64,000 nucleotides of DNA, taken from NCBI RefSeq assembly GCF_036321535.1, contig NC_087436.1, positions 113,090,001 through 113,154,000 on the forward strand, written 5' to 3'. The stretch comes from Camelus dromedarius. Taxonomy: Eukaryota. Below, in pieces: positions 38,320-50,854 of the stretch (the stretch's first letter is position 1; each line of letters begins with the position of its first letter). The position numbers and the translations under genes are program-made. The notes under the pieces are model-generated. The model did not search any database and was not told the DNA's origin. It saw nothing but the letters and a program-made list of their open reading frames with translations.

Positions 38320-38920
38320 CCTGGAACCAGGCAATCTGGGCTTAAACCCTGTCTTACCATTCTTTAATGGCAAAGCCCTGGAAAAATTGCATAAACTTTC
38401 TGGGCTTATTTTTCTCATCTGAGAAATGTAATCATAGCAGCGGATTTTTTTAATCCCCTAGGAATATTGGGAAGAGCAGATGAGCTGATATCTGGGAAAG
38501 CCCCTGGAGCAGTGTCCGGCCCCAAGTGGGCACTCAGGACAAATTACTTGAAAAGCACTTTGCAAATTTTGCAAGTGGCCTATCAATTCATTCATTCATG
38601 TCCTTAACACCCATATAGTTATTTAGAGTCATGCAAGCCATGCATGAGGAAGTGATAGTTAAATTGAGGTAACGATTAAAGTCAATGTTATAAATATTCT
38701 GAGATTCCAGCAGCTAACACTTTAGTGCTTACTACGTGCTCAAGCACTGGGCTACGTCTTTACCAGTGCTTACCATCTCATTTAATCCGTACAACTCATT
38801 CTAGGTAAAAGGAAACTGAGGCTTAGGGATATGAAGGAACTCTGCCAGGGTCACAGAGTAGCAGAATGGGCAGTGCAGGCAGTGTGACAAAGAATGCATG
38901 TGCTCAACCACTATCTAGAG
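38320..38920. mobile_element. Two MIRs (38320-38550 +, 38710-38920 -)
   Basis: tttctcatctgagaaatg; tagtgcttactacgtgc...ggaaactgaggcttagg. Confidence 0.65.
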
Positions 38921-40619
38921 TGCTTACAGAGACACCCAGGGATGCTGAAGTGGACTGCTGCCTCAGGATGGATGGTCACGAATGGGTGTCTGAACTGAGC
39001 TCTGAAGTTTGAGTAGGAGGTGCCTATTCAGAGGAGACCTGAGCGTGGGCAAAGATGGTCATGGAACAGAAATTTTGAAAGCACAGAGCCTTTGCAGGTT
39101 AACGTTGGAGGAGAAGGCATGAATAGTAGGCAGGAATCTGTCAAGATGTCAAATAAAGGCGCTTGCACACTGATGAGAGACCAATGATGGTTAAGCATGA
39201 GTCTAATATGATTGGGCTTGTGCTTCGTGTTTGGTAAATGGATCCTAGCTGGGGTTCATTAGAACTCTTGGTAACCAACCCCATGTGTTTCAAAATTCCC
39301 AGCAGGGTGTGGAAAAATAAAGTCACTATTGTTTTGAGGGCCTAAAATCTCATTTTCACTTAGGACCATATCTCATGCCTGTTTGTGTTGCTGGAAACAA
39401 ATACAGCCTCTGACCCATGACTGGTCCTCAGGAAACTGTTGGCTGAATGAGTGCATGAGTGATTAAGGGTTGTAGCCAAGATGGAGGAGAACAGCAAGAC
39501 CAGATTTGTTGCAATGCTCGAGTGGTGGTCTGGTTGAGGATGGGCTCTGCGTAGGGCTGGGAGGGGGGGCGGGGGTGGGACTTTATCTCACTGTATGCCC
39601 TGGTAACTTCAAATGCAGTTTGGATGATTTGGGGAGTTTTGGAGGTAGAACTACATAGTTGCCGGCATTGGGTGGGGGATTTTCATGGGGTTTGTTAATG
39701 CAACTCCTTGGCTGTGAGTGGGGCTTTTTCAGGTGGGCTGTTATGTGTCCTAATTTAGGATCTAGAGTGAAGCTGATTCCAAACAAGTGTTGCTTGTTTT
39801 CATTTCTCAGAAAGCATGTTTCTAAGTGAAGCCTTAGAGACTCTGGGAGTGTTCACAGCCTAGAGGGTGCTGAGATGGTCTCATTCTGATGACTGTGAGT
39901 CCCTTGAAGGAAGAGCCATGACTTATGGTCTTCACGCCCAGTGTGACGTGGAGCGTGTGTGCCTAACCACGACTGTGAGCTCTGGTGATCTCATAGATCA
40001 GACTTTCACCCAAGGTTGGATGGTTGCAAAAGGCCTTTAGGAGAAAGAGATGCCTGAAGTCAGCCCTGTCGTGTGATTAGCAGACTTTGGGGCTCCTCAA
40101 ATTCCCCTCAAACCAAAGTTAACACTGGAAGCTCACAGAAGAGTTAGTGCACGGTTGTGTTAATTCACTTGACCTCTGGATAGGAACTCTGTAAGTCCCT
40201 GTCTGCCCCTGGACCTCCCGTTTAGAAGCACTGCTCCCTCCTGTCCACTGCTGGCCCCTCTGGGTCCAGCCTTGTCTCCGAACCTGACTGAGGCTGGCTC
40301 TGTCCCTCTTTGGTGGGGATCTGGACTGAGGGGCCCAGGGTGCAGTATAAGTGCTGAGTGCTCACAGCTGGGTGCTCTCTGGCTGCAGCCTTCCTCTAGT
40401 CCTGCTGCCCAGCCACTGGAGTGCCACCTGCCTTGATTAGAGCTTTATGAGAGTCTCAGCTGCACTAAGTTACTTGTTCAGCTGCTGTGCTTGGAACTGT
40501 CATGTGGCAACATCCTGACAGGGAACCATCATTGTATAAAACCCTCTGCCTTCCCCTTAGCTCAGCAGAATCAGTCTCCTTGGAGAGCAGCATCTGCCCA
40601 GGTTCAAGCCCACATTTAT

Positions 40620-40830
40620 GAGGAATCAGGCTTTAAATTTGGAATCATCCTGACAGAGATGAAATCCTGTCTCCACCATTTACAGGCTGGGTGAATTTGC
40701 GTAAAGCACTTATCCCCTCTGAGCCTCGGTTTTCTCATCTGTCAAATGGTGATAGTAATACTGTTTCAAAGGTTTGTTAGAGATAATATATTTAGGGTGC
40801 TTGGTTTTGGCTCAGCACACAGTAGGCCTG
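40620..40830 (+). mobile_element. MIR
   Basis: ccctctgagcctcggttttctcatctgtcaaatggtgatagtaata. Confidence 0.75.
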
Positions 40831-41052
40831 ATGACTTCTGCTGTTCTGTCCAGTGTCATCTAGATTATTGGCCCTTCTCTTGGTCCCCTGGTCTTGGCCC
40901 TGCCTCCTTCTACTTTACCCATCTCGCCCTCTGCAGAGGACATCTGAGTGATGACCCAGGATACTGGCCTCTTAATTGGGTCATTGTTCTAACTATGTTT
41001 TCTTAGATTCTGAATCTGTCTATTTGACATTCATTCATCACAGAGCTGACTG

Positions 41053-41740
41053 TTGTCACCATATTTTCTTATTTTCTATATTCCTGATGCCCCAGCATCT
41101 ATGGCCTCACTACCCTGGGAGAGACTGCCCCTCCCAGGCCTCACCAACTTGGAGACATAGCAAAGGGCTCGTCTGGGAGTGTGCCTTTCATATCCAAAGT
41201 CCAATCCAGAGTCCAGACCCCCAAACAGCTCCTTTATCCAGCTCTCACACACCAAGCCAATACTCCCCCTGCCCTAAATCACCCCAGAGACAGGTGCCAG
41301 ACAGCTAGGGAGAGTCCCTGTGCCCCAAAGTTGGCTGGAATTTTTTTTTAATGTTCTTTTTTTTATTTTTTAAAAATTAACTAATTTTTTGGGGGGAGGG
41401 TGAAGGTAATGGGAGGTAATTAGGGTTATTTATTTATTTTTAGAGGAGGTACTGGGGATTGAACCCAGGACCTTGTGCATGCTAAGCATGCAGTCTACCA
41501 CTTGAGCTATACCTCCACCCCTGGCCGGAATATTTGAAACTAGCCAATCCTATTTACCGAGTCCTGCCTCACCCTTCCCACGGAAGACACAATAAATGTT
41601 CTGGTCTGGAGTTTTCTCTCTCTCCCTCTGCCTCCTGTCCAGCCAGGTGCTTTACCAGGTGGCCCTGGGTGTCCTGGCCTTTCCATGTCATTGGTCAAGC
41701 ACCTCCATAAATTAAAATCCCAAGGATCCATTATGAGACA
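41053..41740 (+). mobile_element. ERVL solo LTR, MER74-like, split by a SINE
   Basis: attcctgatgc...gactgcccctcccagg...gcctttcatat; resumes aactagccaatcc...caataaa. Confidence 0.75.
41346..41521 (-). mobile_element. tRNA-Ala(AGC)-derived SINE (camelid Vic-1 type)
   Basis: Reverse complement ggtatagctcaagtggtagactgcatgcttagcatgcacaaggtcctgggttcaatccccagtacctcc with A/B boxes, body and A-rich tail; TSD tggctggaattttt / tggccggaatattt. Confidence 0.85.
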
Positions 41741-41959
41741 GTCTACTTTTGGGAAACAGATGGAGTGTTCACATTGTTATCAATGCTTAGCATCCCCTTG
41801 GCTGCAGGCTTCTCACCCAGGCCACTTCCGGTGCTCGAGGTAAGAAAGTGCTAGAGTCAGGGCTTAGGGCTTTCGACCTGTGAGACTCCTCTCCATCTCA
41901 CCCATAGTCTCCAAGTGTGAACAGCAGATTCCAATTCAGTTGGGATCAAACACCTATTC

Positions 41960-42032
41960 TGTTTTTTTAAATTGAAGTATAGCTGATTTACAATGCTGTG
42001 TTAGTTTCATATGTACAGCAGAGAGATTCAGT

Positions 42033-42067
<35 letters not shown>

Positions 42068-42075
42068 TCGTTTTG
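41960..42075 (-). mobile_element. Very short artiodactyl L1 3' end with (TA)n expansion
   Basis: ttgaagtatagctgatttacaatgctgtgttagtttc. Confidence 0.75.
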
Positions 42076-42330
42076 GTGGAAAGCTATAAACATATTTGTT
42101 GTAAAAAATCAAAACCATACAGAAGTATATAAAGAAAAAAATGTGAGTCCCTTTGCACAAATCTCTTCCTTTGAATTCTAGTCCTCAAAGATTCCCATTA
42201 ACAGACCTGCATGCACATTCTTCCACACATTTTTCACTCTGCACAAACATGTACACATACTGAGATAATTTAGTTTAAAAAGTGGGTCCATACACATCTG
42301 TTTTCTCCAACATGCTGTTTCACTCAGCAG
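42076..42330 (-). mobile_element. Old L1ME 3' end
   Basis: aaaaaatcaaaaccatacagaagtatataaag. Confidence 0.5.
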
Positions 42331-42348
42331 CGCTCGGTGAGTGCGCAG

Positions 42349-42427
42349 CTCTGCCCAGGGTTGGGGTTCTGAGGTCTGGGTGGGCTCTCTGCCCAGGGCT
42401 GGGGTTCTGAGGTCTGGGCGGGCTCTG
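42349..42427. repeat. 38-bp tandem duplication, G-rich
   Basis: ctctgcccaggg(t/c)tggggttctgaggtctggg(t/c)gggct x2. Confidence 0.85.
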
Positions 42428-42509
42428 ACTCACCTGGGCTTTCCCCTACCGACATGCATCAGGCTGCCTAGCTTTGTCTAGTCAAGGATTTCTCGCAAGC
42501 TCTCTCTAT

Positions 42510-42736
42510 GCTACAGGCTCAGAGAGGTGGCCTCCCTTGCCCCAGGTCACACAGCAAGGAAGCTACCTGGAGTGATGGTTCTAGGACCCATCTCGTCCTC
42601 GGAATTTCCAGGGACCCTCTTAAGACAGCAGATGTCCTGGCCCTGCCCTACATGTTCAGAGTCAGAATCTTTGGGAGTCTACCTCTTAACAAGCTCCCAG
42701 GTGATTCTGAGAAAGGCCCGGCTTGGGAACCACTGA
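42510..42736. mobile_element. MIR fragment and MER5A
   Basis: ttgccccaggtcacacagc; ttaacaagctcccaggtgattctga...ttgggaaccactg. Confidence 0.7.
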
Positions 42737-43854
42737 CCTAGAATGTGCTTTAGCTTTCCCAGAAGGTCCGTTCCCTCCCCACCTCTCTCAGGCACTGTGG
42801 GAGAGCTCTGCAGAATGGTCCTGGGGGACCAGTCAGTGTTCAGTGAGGGAGACCGTGTCCCCAGCCAAGCTCATAGTCTATTTCTGGGCTTTTACTGCAA
42901 TTGTCATGATTGCTTCCTTGTTGAAGGATAGCAAACTCCCAGTCTTTGGAATTCACCTGTTTTCCTGGTTCCTCTCACCCCTACACTTTCACTGAAATCC
43001 CTCTTGAAAACTCTCTATGAGGCTTTAAAAAAAAAAAAACTAATTACTGCAGTTTCTTGCTAGGAGATGGAGAAAGGAAATAGATTTGTAGACAGGCAAA
43101 GCAGACTCACAAGGAATTCCTGGCTCAAACACCTCTCCCATTTCATCCTCTACTCTCCCGGAGCCTCACGGCCCCAGCCCATACTCTGAGAAGGGAGATG
43201 CCACTCAGCATCCTGGAGAGGCTGTGCAGAGTGTGGGATAGACAGGGGTGTACCTCGGGGTTCATGGAGTGTGGAATGCAGGGCTAGCACCCTTGGGCTG
43301 GGCTGCTCTCCTGGACGGATGCCTGTGATGGAGCTGGAGAACTCTGGATTTGGGTGAGGTTTGGTTCACACATGGGCTCTGTCCCTCTGTTCTTATCCAT
43401 ACCGTGGGGCTGAGAGGAAGGTTGTATCCACTCTGGGGCCATCTTGGTGAGGAGCAAATTAGATGATATAAGGTAATTGCCTCTAGATACACACAGGTGT
43501 GGACCATGATGGCATGAATGTGCAACCTCCATCTCCTGGCAAATAATGGAGTCTGGTTTCTCCATGTCTGGAGTGGAGGGTTTCAGGATTCCATAGAAGA
43601 GCACTTAAATTCAACGTGTTATCTATGGCATGTTCCTAAAATTTTTAGTTTTCTTTTCTGATGCTGGCTCAAACTTTCTCCAACCAAGCCATTCAAATTA
43701 CTATCACTCCCTCAAAGGCTAAAGGAATATTCTAGAATACCTGGTTTACTCCTGCTTAAAATAAATCCAGGTAAATCCCCCTCCCTTCTTTCTTCCCTGG
43801 CTCCCCTCCTCCCTCCCCACCTGCCTGTATCTGTCAGGTCCTGATGAATTTTGT

Positions 43855-44150
43855 CAGATCTGGGTTCAAATCTTACTTTACTCACTGAATTCTTTTATGC
43901 ATCAGTTTTTTCATCCAAAAAAAAAAAAAAAAAAGAGGAATAAGAATTCCTACTAATCCAGATGATTTTGAGGACCAATGACAATAGTTAGTATTTGTAG
44001 AACACTTAGTACATATCTGGTGCTTTACCTGTGTTAACACATTCAATCCTCGCAATTATCCTGTGAGGCAAGTACTATCATTATCCCACTTTGCAGATGA
44101 GGAAACAGAGTGAGAGATGACAAAATTTGCCCAAAGTCATACAGCTAGTA
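43855..44150. mobile_element. Two MIR fragments in opposite orientation
   Basis: gatctgggttcaaatc; attatcccactttgcagatgaggaaacagag. Confidence 0.7.
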
Positions 44151-44599
44151 AGGAACAAACTTGTAATCTTCCCTATTATTATTTCAATTCATTCTCACAG
44201 ATGGAAATTCTGAATACAAAGGATCATTGCATTACATTAGGACAGAACAAGCCTCTCTTCACCTGTGGGTGACTTTGCCCACAGAGTGATACTTCTTCCT
44301 GCTGGCTTTCTACCTTCCTGCTTCCCCTTTGCAGCACAAACTCAACCCTCACCTCATGGATAAAGTGCTTATCATGTCTTATTTGCATATGATTTATTAT
44401 TTATAAGGCATATTTATATATACTGCATTTGATTTTTTGATAATACTTGTAGCAGTGAGACATAGTGAGTGTTGTTATTAGTCCCCCTCACCCCTTTAGG
44501 GATGAGGAAATAGCCTGGAAGTTGGGGCAGGACACCCAGTGGGATTCCCAGCTCTATTCTGACTGGCACTGGTTTCTGGACCTTCAGTTGTAAAGTTCT

Positions 44600-45085
44600 T
44601 GTAGCAGGGCCTGCCTTTTATTGTCTACCCAATGTCTGTTCCTGCTTCTGGAATAGCCTCTTGATTTTCTGTTGGGGACCTTTCTCTCTCTCACTTACGC
44701 TCCAGCCTCTTCAGGTTATTACACTGCTCTGGTTACAACGATTCATTCAAGAGAGGGCTCGTGACTTACGTGAGTCCAGTGAAACTCAGCCCTGGGACTT
44801 TTCTGCTGGGATTACTGCTCTAGCATGTAAGCCTGGAGGTTTTGTTGACCCTTTCTGCCATTGCTGGGAGTGACCTGACCAAACGTGAAGTTACCTCAGA
44901 GAAAAGCAGAAGTAAGAGATGTGCAAAGACAGAGTTCTAACTATGTTCTTAGAGTACCTGGATCCAGCAGAACCTGAAGCCAGAGATATAGCCCAGACTT
45001 TGATGAACTCTTCCCCGAATCTGTTTTTCAGCTAAAGCATCTTGAGGTGGGTGTCCTCTCACTTTCAATTGGAAGAGTGCCGATG
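44600..45085 (+). mobile_element. MaLR solo LTR (MLT1K/J-like)
   Basis: tgtagcag...cagccctgggacttt...cctggatccagcagaacctgaagcc...cactttcaattggaagagt. Confidence 0.6.
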
Positions 45086-45659
45086 GCCTCCCTGGGGAAG
45101 CTGCCTCTTGGGGAGGGGGCAGGAACTGTCGCTACTTCCCTATTTTCATTAGAATGCTGAGCACTTATTAAGTGCCCATGAATATTTGTCAATTCATTAA
45201 TCGTGAATTCAGTGGTGCCATAGCTGCTGGGAATTTTGAACTATTAGTTAAAAATCCTTGTGCACTGGACAAATATGTCCTTTCTTGGAATATCCAGGGA
45301 AATTTGGAATAACTTTTCTTTGGGGTTCCTTCCAACTTGCTTTATTTCCCACTGAGATCAACTGTAATTCACATGGATTTGCACTGGAGAAAGTCATATT
45401 TTATTTTTAGTACTGTTTGCTCAAATTCCTTCCTAAGAATTTTTGCCACTTAAGCCCAATGATCTGATTTTTCTGAAGTGCAAGGTGGACCATCTTAACC
45501 CTCTCCCTCTCATCCTCCATGGACGAATCCTTACTCACAGAAGGAACTCTCACCGTGGATCTACAGATTTTAGGGGCGACACTGGTGTCATACTTAGTTT
45601 GATGACCAGCTTGGCTAGACTTCAGTCCCCAGTTTTCCTCCAAACATTCACCTAGGTTT

Positions 45660-45998
45660 TGTGGAGAAAGTATTTTGTGGATGTGATTAAAATCCATAAT
45701 CGGTTGGCTTTAAGTAAGGGAGATTTTCCTAGATAATCTGGGTGGGCATGATTCAGTTAAAAGATCGTAAGCACAGAGTTGAGGCTTCCACGATAAAGAA
45801 AAAATTCCACATACATATGGATTTCAGCACTAGCCCATCCCTGATGGTTCTAGTCTGCCCTTCCTGGAGGTCCCCCCCACAGATTTCAAACTCTCTAGAC
45901 CATCTTTACATCTGCATAATTCAATTCCTCACAGTCCATCTCCTAAAATATATTACCTCCTACTGGCTCTGTTTCTCTGGTTGAACACTGACATACAC
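45660..45998 (+). mobile_element. ERVL solo LTR (MLT2-like)
   Basis: gtattttgtggatgtgattaa...ctttaagtaagggagat...cctactggctctgtttctctgg. Confidence 0.75.
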
Positions 45999-47034
45999 AA
46001 CTGGTAAGTCCCCAGCTCCCCAAAGCTCTGGGTACAATGGATATGTAGGGTGATGGGGGGGTAGGAGTAAGACCGGGATCTTCATAAGAGCCCCTGTCAT
46101 AGCCCAAAGACGAAGTCTGTGGGATAAGGGCTGAAGTCTAACACGATGCTAAGCTCTCCATGACTTGCCGCTGTTGACCACCATTAGCCTCACTTCCTGG
46201 CTCCCCAGCCTTCTCACATTTTATCACCCAGGATTACCAATGTACTTGGTCTTCTCCAGAGTTAATGAAAATCTATTGGGAGAGCAAGGAAGGCACCCGA
46301 GAGCTTTCTGGGTGCTCCAGATAAGGCTTCTCACTATCCCAGCTCCAAGCCTCCATGGACCTGACATGTTTCCTGGAGACCCCACCTCGCTCCTCCTTCC
46401 CCCTTACAGTCTCACTCACCACCACTCTGCCTGGAGACCATCAGGGGAGCCTCACCACACCCTTTATGCCAGTGCATGTCCTTCAGGCTCCCATGGCATC
46501 ACTCATTCCATGGACTCTCAATCCTATGGTTCCTTTCCTAGCCCGTCCCTCACTCCTTCCTGACTCCAGAAGTCCTTCCCTGGTGTCCCTTGGAACTCAG
46601 CTTCCACTCATCAGCCAAGTCCGCTGTATCCTCATCCTCCGTTCTGAATGTCTTTCACTTTCTTGTTCTGCCTGAAGCCTGGGTCTCCCTTGAGGACACC
46701 TCTGTCCCTGCCGCCCACTCAAGTGGTGGCTGTTTCCTACCCTCACTCCTCATTCCGCTGGGCCTGGAGGGGAAGTTGGTCACCTCCTTGCTCCTCCCTA
46801 CTGTTTCCAGACCATTCATTATTCCACCTTCTTCTATCCCTCCAGCACTGAATCTCCTGTCATTAGTCCATGCCACCCACTAGTCATCTACTAATCTATA
46901 GCAAGTCCCTCGTTTTTGGAGATGTCAGATCATGGCCCCTGTCACTCTCTCCAACATCACTATCATAATCCTCAGCTACTGCAATATCTACTTAGAAAAC
47001 TCATCACCTATCCTGGCCTCACAGCTCCTGTGGT

Positions 47035-47043
47035 AGTATAATT

Positions 47044-47074
<31 letters not shown>

Positions 47075-47255
47075 ATATATACATATATACACACACACAC
47101 ATATATAACATATACATTACATATATTCTATAGAAATTGTCTATGTAGCAATGCATATGCACAGAGTATAATATAATAATGTCTAGAAGTATATAAAGCA
47201 AATTCCATATATGTAGTGATATATATGACAGATACTAGATACATTACAATATGTT
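47035..47255. repeat. Degenerate (TA)n/(TACA)n/(CA)n low-complexity tract
   Basis: Direct reading. Confidence 0.85.
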
Positions 47256-48017
47256 ACCTTTTCCAGACACTTCCATTTCCGGTCACTGACTCATGTCTCA
47301 GTGTCCCTTTATAGCAAACTCCTTGAATCAGTGTTCTTGAATCACTATCTAGTTTCCTTCCTCCCATTCTCTCTCAGACCTACTCCATCAGGCTTCTGTC
47401 CCACTGCTCCACCAAAATCCTTGTCAGGGTCCTTCCTCCACAGCCCCGTGTGTCTCCCTCCCCACCTGCTGCCCTCACTCTCCCCATCTCACTAATGGGT
47501 AGCAAATTCTTTCAGAGACTCAGCCCAAATCACTTGCCTGAGGCCCATCACAAAGCTATTTGATGCTCTTCTCTCCCAGGAATCCCACATTAGCATCCTT
47601 TGGGCTCTCCTTCAGCCTTATATCTCACCATTTCTCACCGTCTCACTGCCGTCACCGTTGTCCCTCTCCATGTTATCTCCTGCCGGGATTATTGTAACCA
47701 CGTCCACCTGGTCTCCTTGCTCCTGCCCTTGTGGAAGCCACTCAACTGAGCAATACAGTTGTGACTCCCTGTCCACATGACCCTTCTTAGTGTGAAAATT
47801 AAAGGCTTAGAATGAGCCACGGGCCTTCCCTTCCCACTATGTTACCTCATACTCCTCTCTCCTTCATTCATTTGGCTCCAAGCATACTGTTTCTGTGCTG
47901 CTCCTTAAGCAGATTCCTGCCACAGGGTATTTGCACACACTCTTCTTCCTGCCTGGGAAGCTTTTTTCTCAGATGTGTGTCTAGATCTGTATCTGTACAT
48001 ATGCCTATGTATCTTAT

Positions 48018-48870
48018 TGTGATATTGTGATATATATATATGTGATATGTGATATACATATATAATAAGAAGTATCTATTTGGTCTGTTGGGCTCTGGCA
48101 CAGACTTTCTAACACTCTTGCAATTTGTTAAGTGAGGAGAGTGCTAAAGTAGTCTTCTGCTATGTTAATTAGGTTCATTTTTGGAAAGCTCCTAAGGGTA
48201 GGGTCTAGTTGCCAGTGGAGCCAAACCCTTGGATTAGAAGGTTGGAACTTTCAGCCCCACACCCCACCCTCTGCCCCCCACCCCTTATCCCCACCTCAGG
48301 AGAAGGGAGAAGGGCTAGCGATTGACTTCAATCTGATGGCTAATAATTTAATCATACCTATGTAATGAAGCCTCCACAAAAACCTACAGGAGGGGATTCC
48401 GAGAGCTTTTGGATTGGCGAGCACAAGGAGACTTAGGGACAGCAGTGCCCTTGGGGAGTACGGGAGCTTTGTCCCCCCCCCCCCCCATATCTCCTGCCCT
48501 CTGTGGCTCTTCCATCTGGCAGTTCCTGAGTTATATTCCTTTTATAATAAACTGGTAATCAAGTGAGTAAAATGTTTCTCTGAGTTCTGAGAGCTTCTTT
48601 AGCAATTTAATGGAACCCAAGGAGGTGCTCATTGGAACCTCTAATCTACAGCTGGTCTGTGAGAAGCCCAGGTGCCAATCCAGACTTGCAGTTGGCATCT
48701 AAAGTTGGGGGGTGGCCTTGTGAGACAGCCTGTAACTTGTGGGTCTGGGTAGATAACGTCAGAGTGGAGTTGAACTGTAGGACTCCCAGTGGAGCAGAAT
48801 CACAACTGGTGTCACAGAGAACTTCCTTGGGGGAAAATCTTCACACACTGTAAATGGCGTCAGAATTGTG
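48018..48870. mobile_element. MER21-like LTR
   Basis: tgtgatattgtgatatat...ataagaagtatctatttggtc...gattagaaggttggaactttcagcccc...atgtaatgaagcctcca. Confidence 0.75.
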
Positions 48871-48976
48871 ATCATCTACACCTGTGTCTATGTTATCCAC
48901 CCTCCACCTGCACCTCCGTCTTCCTATATCAACACCTACACCTCTGTCTGTCTCTACCAATAGCTCTGTCATCTTT

Positions 48977-49324
48977 TGTTGACCTAAAACAGTCAGTCAG
49001 CCAGTTATTTCTCCAGCAAATATATTTTAAAAAAGGATTTATTCAGGATCAGCAGAGAACTGCAGTTTGTGGTCTGCACAACCACAGGGAGCCATGGACA
49101 AGTCTTCATATGGCAGGGGAAGGAGATCTTTCTTTAACAGAGGAGAAAAGAAAGTTTGGAGGGGTCTGGTAAACTAAGAGTCCATGGCTTATTATTGGCC
49201 GAGTCCTTGCCAGGAAAGAAGAGGGGCCTCTTCTCTTGTTGGACTGATCATCACAGCGCATAAGAGCGCCCCCTTTTGGCGTCCTAATTTTCTTTAATTG
49301 AGGTTTCTGTTTCATTTTCTTACA
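48977..49324 (-). mobile_element. ERV1-type solo LTR (family unassigned)
   Basis: TG...CA termini; tttatt (AATAAA on -) and attgg (CCAAT on -) in LTR order. Confidence 0.6.
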
Positions 49325-49549
49325 TTCTTTCTATCATCTATACCCACTTACACCTACACCTACATCTGTGCCTGTATCTGTACCTATCTCATCATTTTGT
49401 TCTATCACTTGTTTTAGGTTTGCACTCAAATTTCACTTTGCCAGTGAGGCCTCTCCTGACCACTCTTCTTCAAATTGCAAATGCAACCATTCCAAATCCC
49501 CTTTTAACTTTGTTTTCTCCATTACATGTATCATTATCTAACATAATAT

Positions 49550-50044
49550 TGTGGATAAAAAAAAAATATGTTGCCTGCCACTTTAGTAAACAAAGAAGGT
49601 TGCCTGCCGTTCCGGGAAACACAGGATATTGTGGCCATTAAGCCATCAGCTGCTGCAGCCACCCAAGATGTGCACCCGGAGGGGAGTTGAGGATGGAGAA
49701 AAACAGAGCACTGGCCCTGGATGGTTAGATGCACATCAAAGGAGCAATTTCTCTGAGCCAAGACACTTGCAACTTCCCACACGTAGAAAAGTACTGAAAT
49801 CATTAACTTGAGATGTCTGTTTTTTGTGATTAGCACTAAATCTTTTGACGTTTGATTACATGTTTTGTTGTTGTTTGTTTTTTAAGCAAAACTCCTATAT
49901 ATTGTGGCTCCTCCCTTACCTCTTTGGAACAGTTCCTCAGAGCAATCTGAGAATCTGTCTCCTGGGTTCTAGTCCTCAGTAATTTCCCTGAATAAAACAT
50001 AACTTGCAACTCTTATGTTGTGCTTTTTAAAAAAAAAATTGGCA
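49550..50044 (+). mobile_element. MER41-like (MER41_BT-related) ERV1 solo LTR
   Basis: agtaaacaaag...aagccatcagc...cattaacttgagatgtctg...aaaactcctatata...ggctcctcccttacctct...aataaaacataac; TG...CA termini. Confidence 0.75.
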
Positions 50045-50854
50045 CTGTGTACTTTACTTATTCTATACCATCTCTCTTCTCCCATAAAACGTAAGATGCA
50101 CGAGGCCAGGTATTTTCATTTGTGCTTTTGGTTGCCAAGTACTAACCGTCTAGAACAGTGTTTGGTGAGTGTTAGGGACACGTATTTGTTGATGAAATAA
50201 TTAAAGAAAGCTAACAATGCTGATAAACAATATTTAATTGGGACTCATGACTTCTTATATCTAAGTCTTCAATTAGCTGGTTTCTGTGGTCAGCCTCCCT
50301 CCACATGGCCCTTCAAAGAGTCTCATGCACAAGAGACAAGCCAAGCAAAGGAACATCTTGTTACAGCTGGTGCTTTGGTCACAAATGCCTGAGAAGGACC
50401 CCAGACCCCTGGTGGGCTGGACTGGGATGGAGACATCCTTCATGCTCTCTGGGGATAGCTCTCCGATTGCCAGGAGAGGCAGGTCCAGGGAAAACAAAGA
50501 CAGACAGTTTTTTCTTTTGGCTTCTAGGTCTGGTTTGGAACATAACAGTCTGGTATTTGAGCTTTCTGGCTGGTGAAATAACATGCCACAAATAGAAGGT
50601 CAAGTTCACTGCATTTTATCACTGGGCTAGGATGTGGTTTGTCTGTCCTTCAGCAGAGCCGTGTAATGTAACATGCCATCTGCAAGGTGAATATCATCAG
50701 ACTTTTAAGTGCATGTCCATATACTGCGGCCTGTGAATGCTTTCTCAAGGGAGTCTGCTCTTGTTGAAACCACGATGGTCCCAGCACGCCTACTGAGCGC
50801 CGGAGCTGGGGTGATGTAATCTATCTAGACTTGCTATCCAACAGCCCATTTTCC

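Larger units (their letters stand above)
46150..50200 (+). mobile_element. Long L2 LINE including endonuclease-coding region, interrupted by nested insertions
   Basis: ORF 46590-46883 FHFLVLPEAWVSLEDTSVPAAHSSGG resembles the APE-type ETW motif region; L2 3' motifs at 47270-47972, 49385-49549 and 50045-50200. Confidence 0.7.

Noticed and set aside
41445..41521. tRNA-Ala gene
   Set aside because: Has substitutions/insertions relative to tRNA-Ala and continues into a SINE body with A-tail and TSD; it is a SINE head
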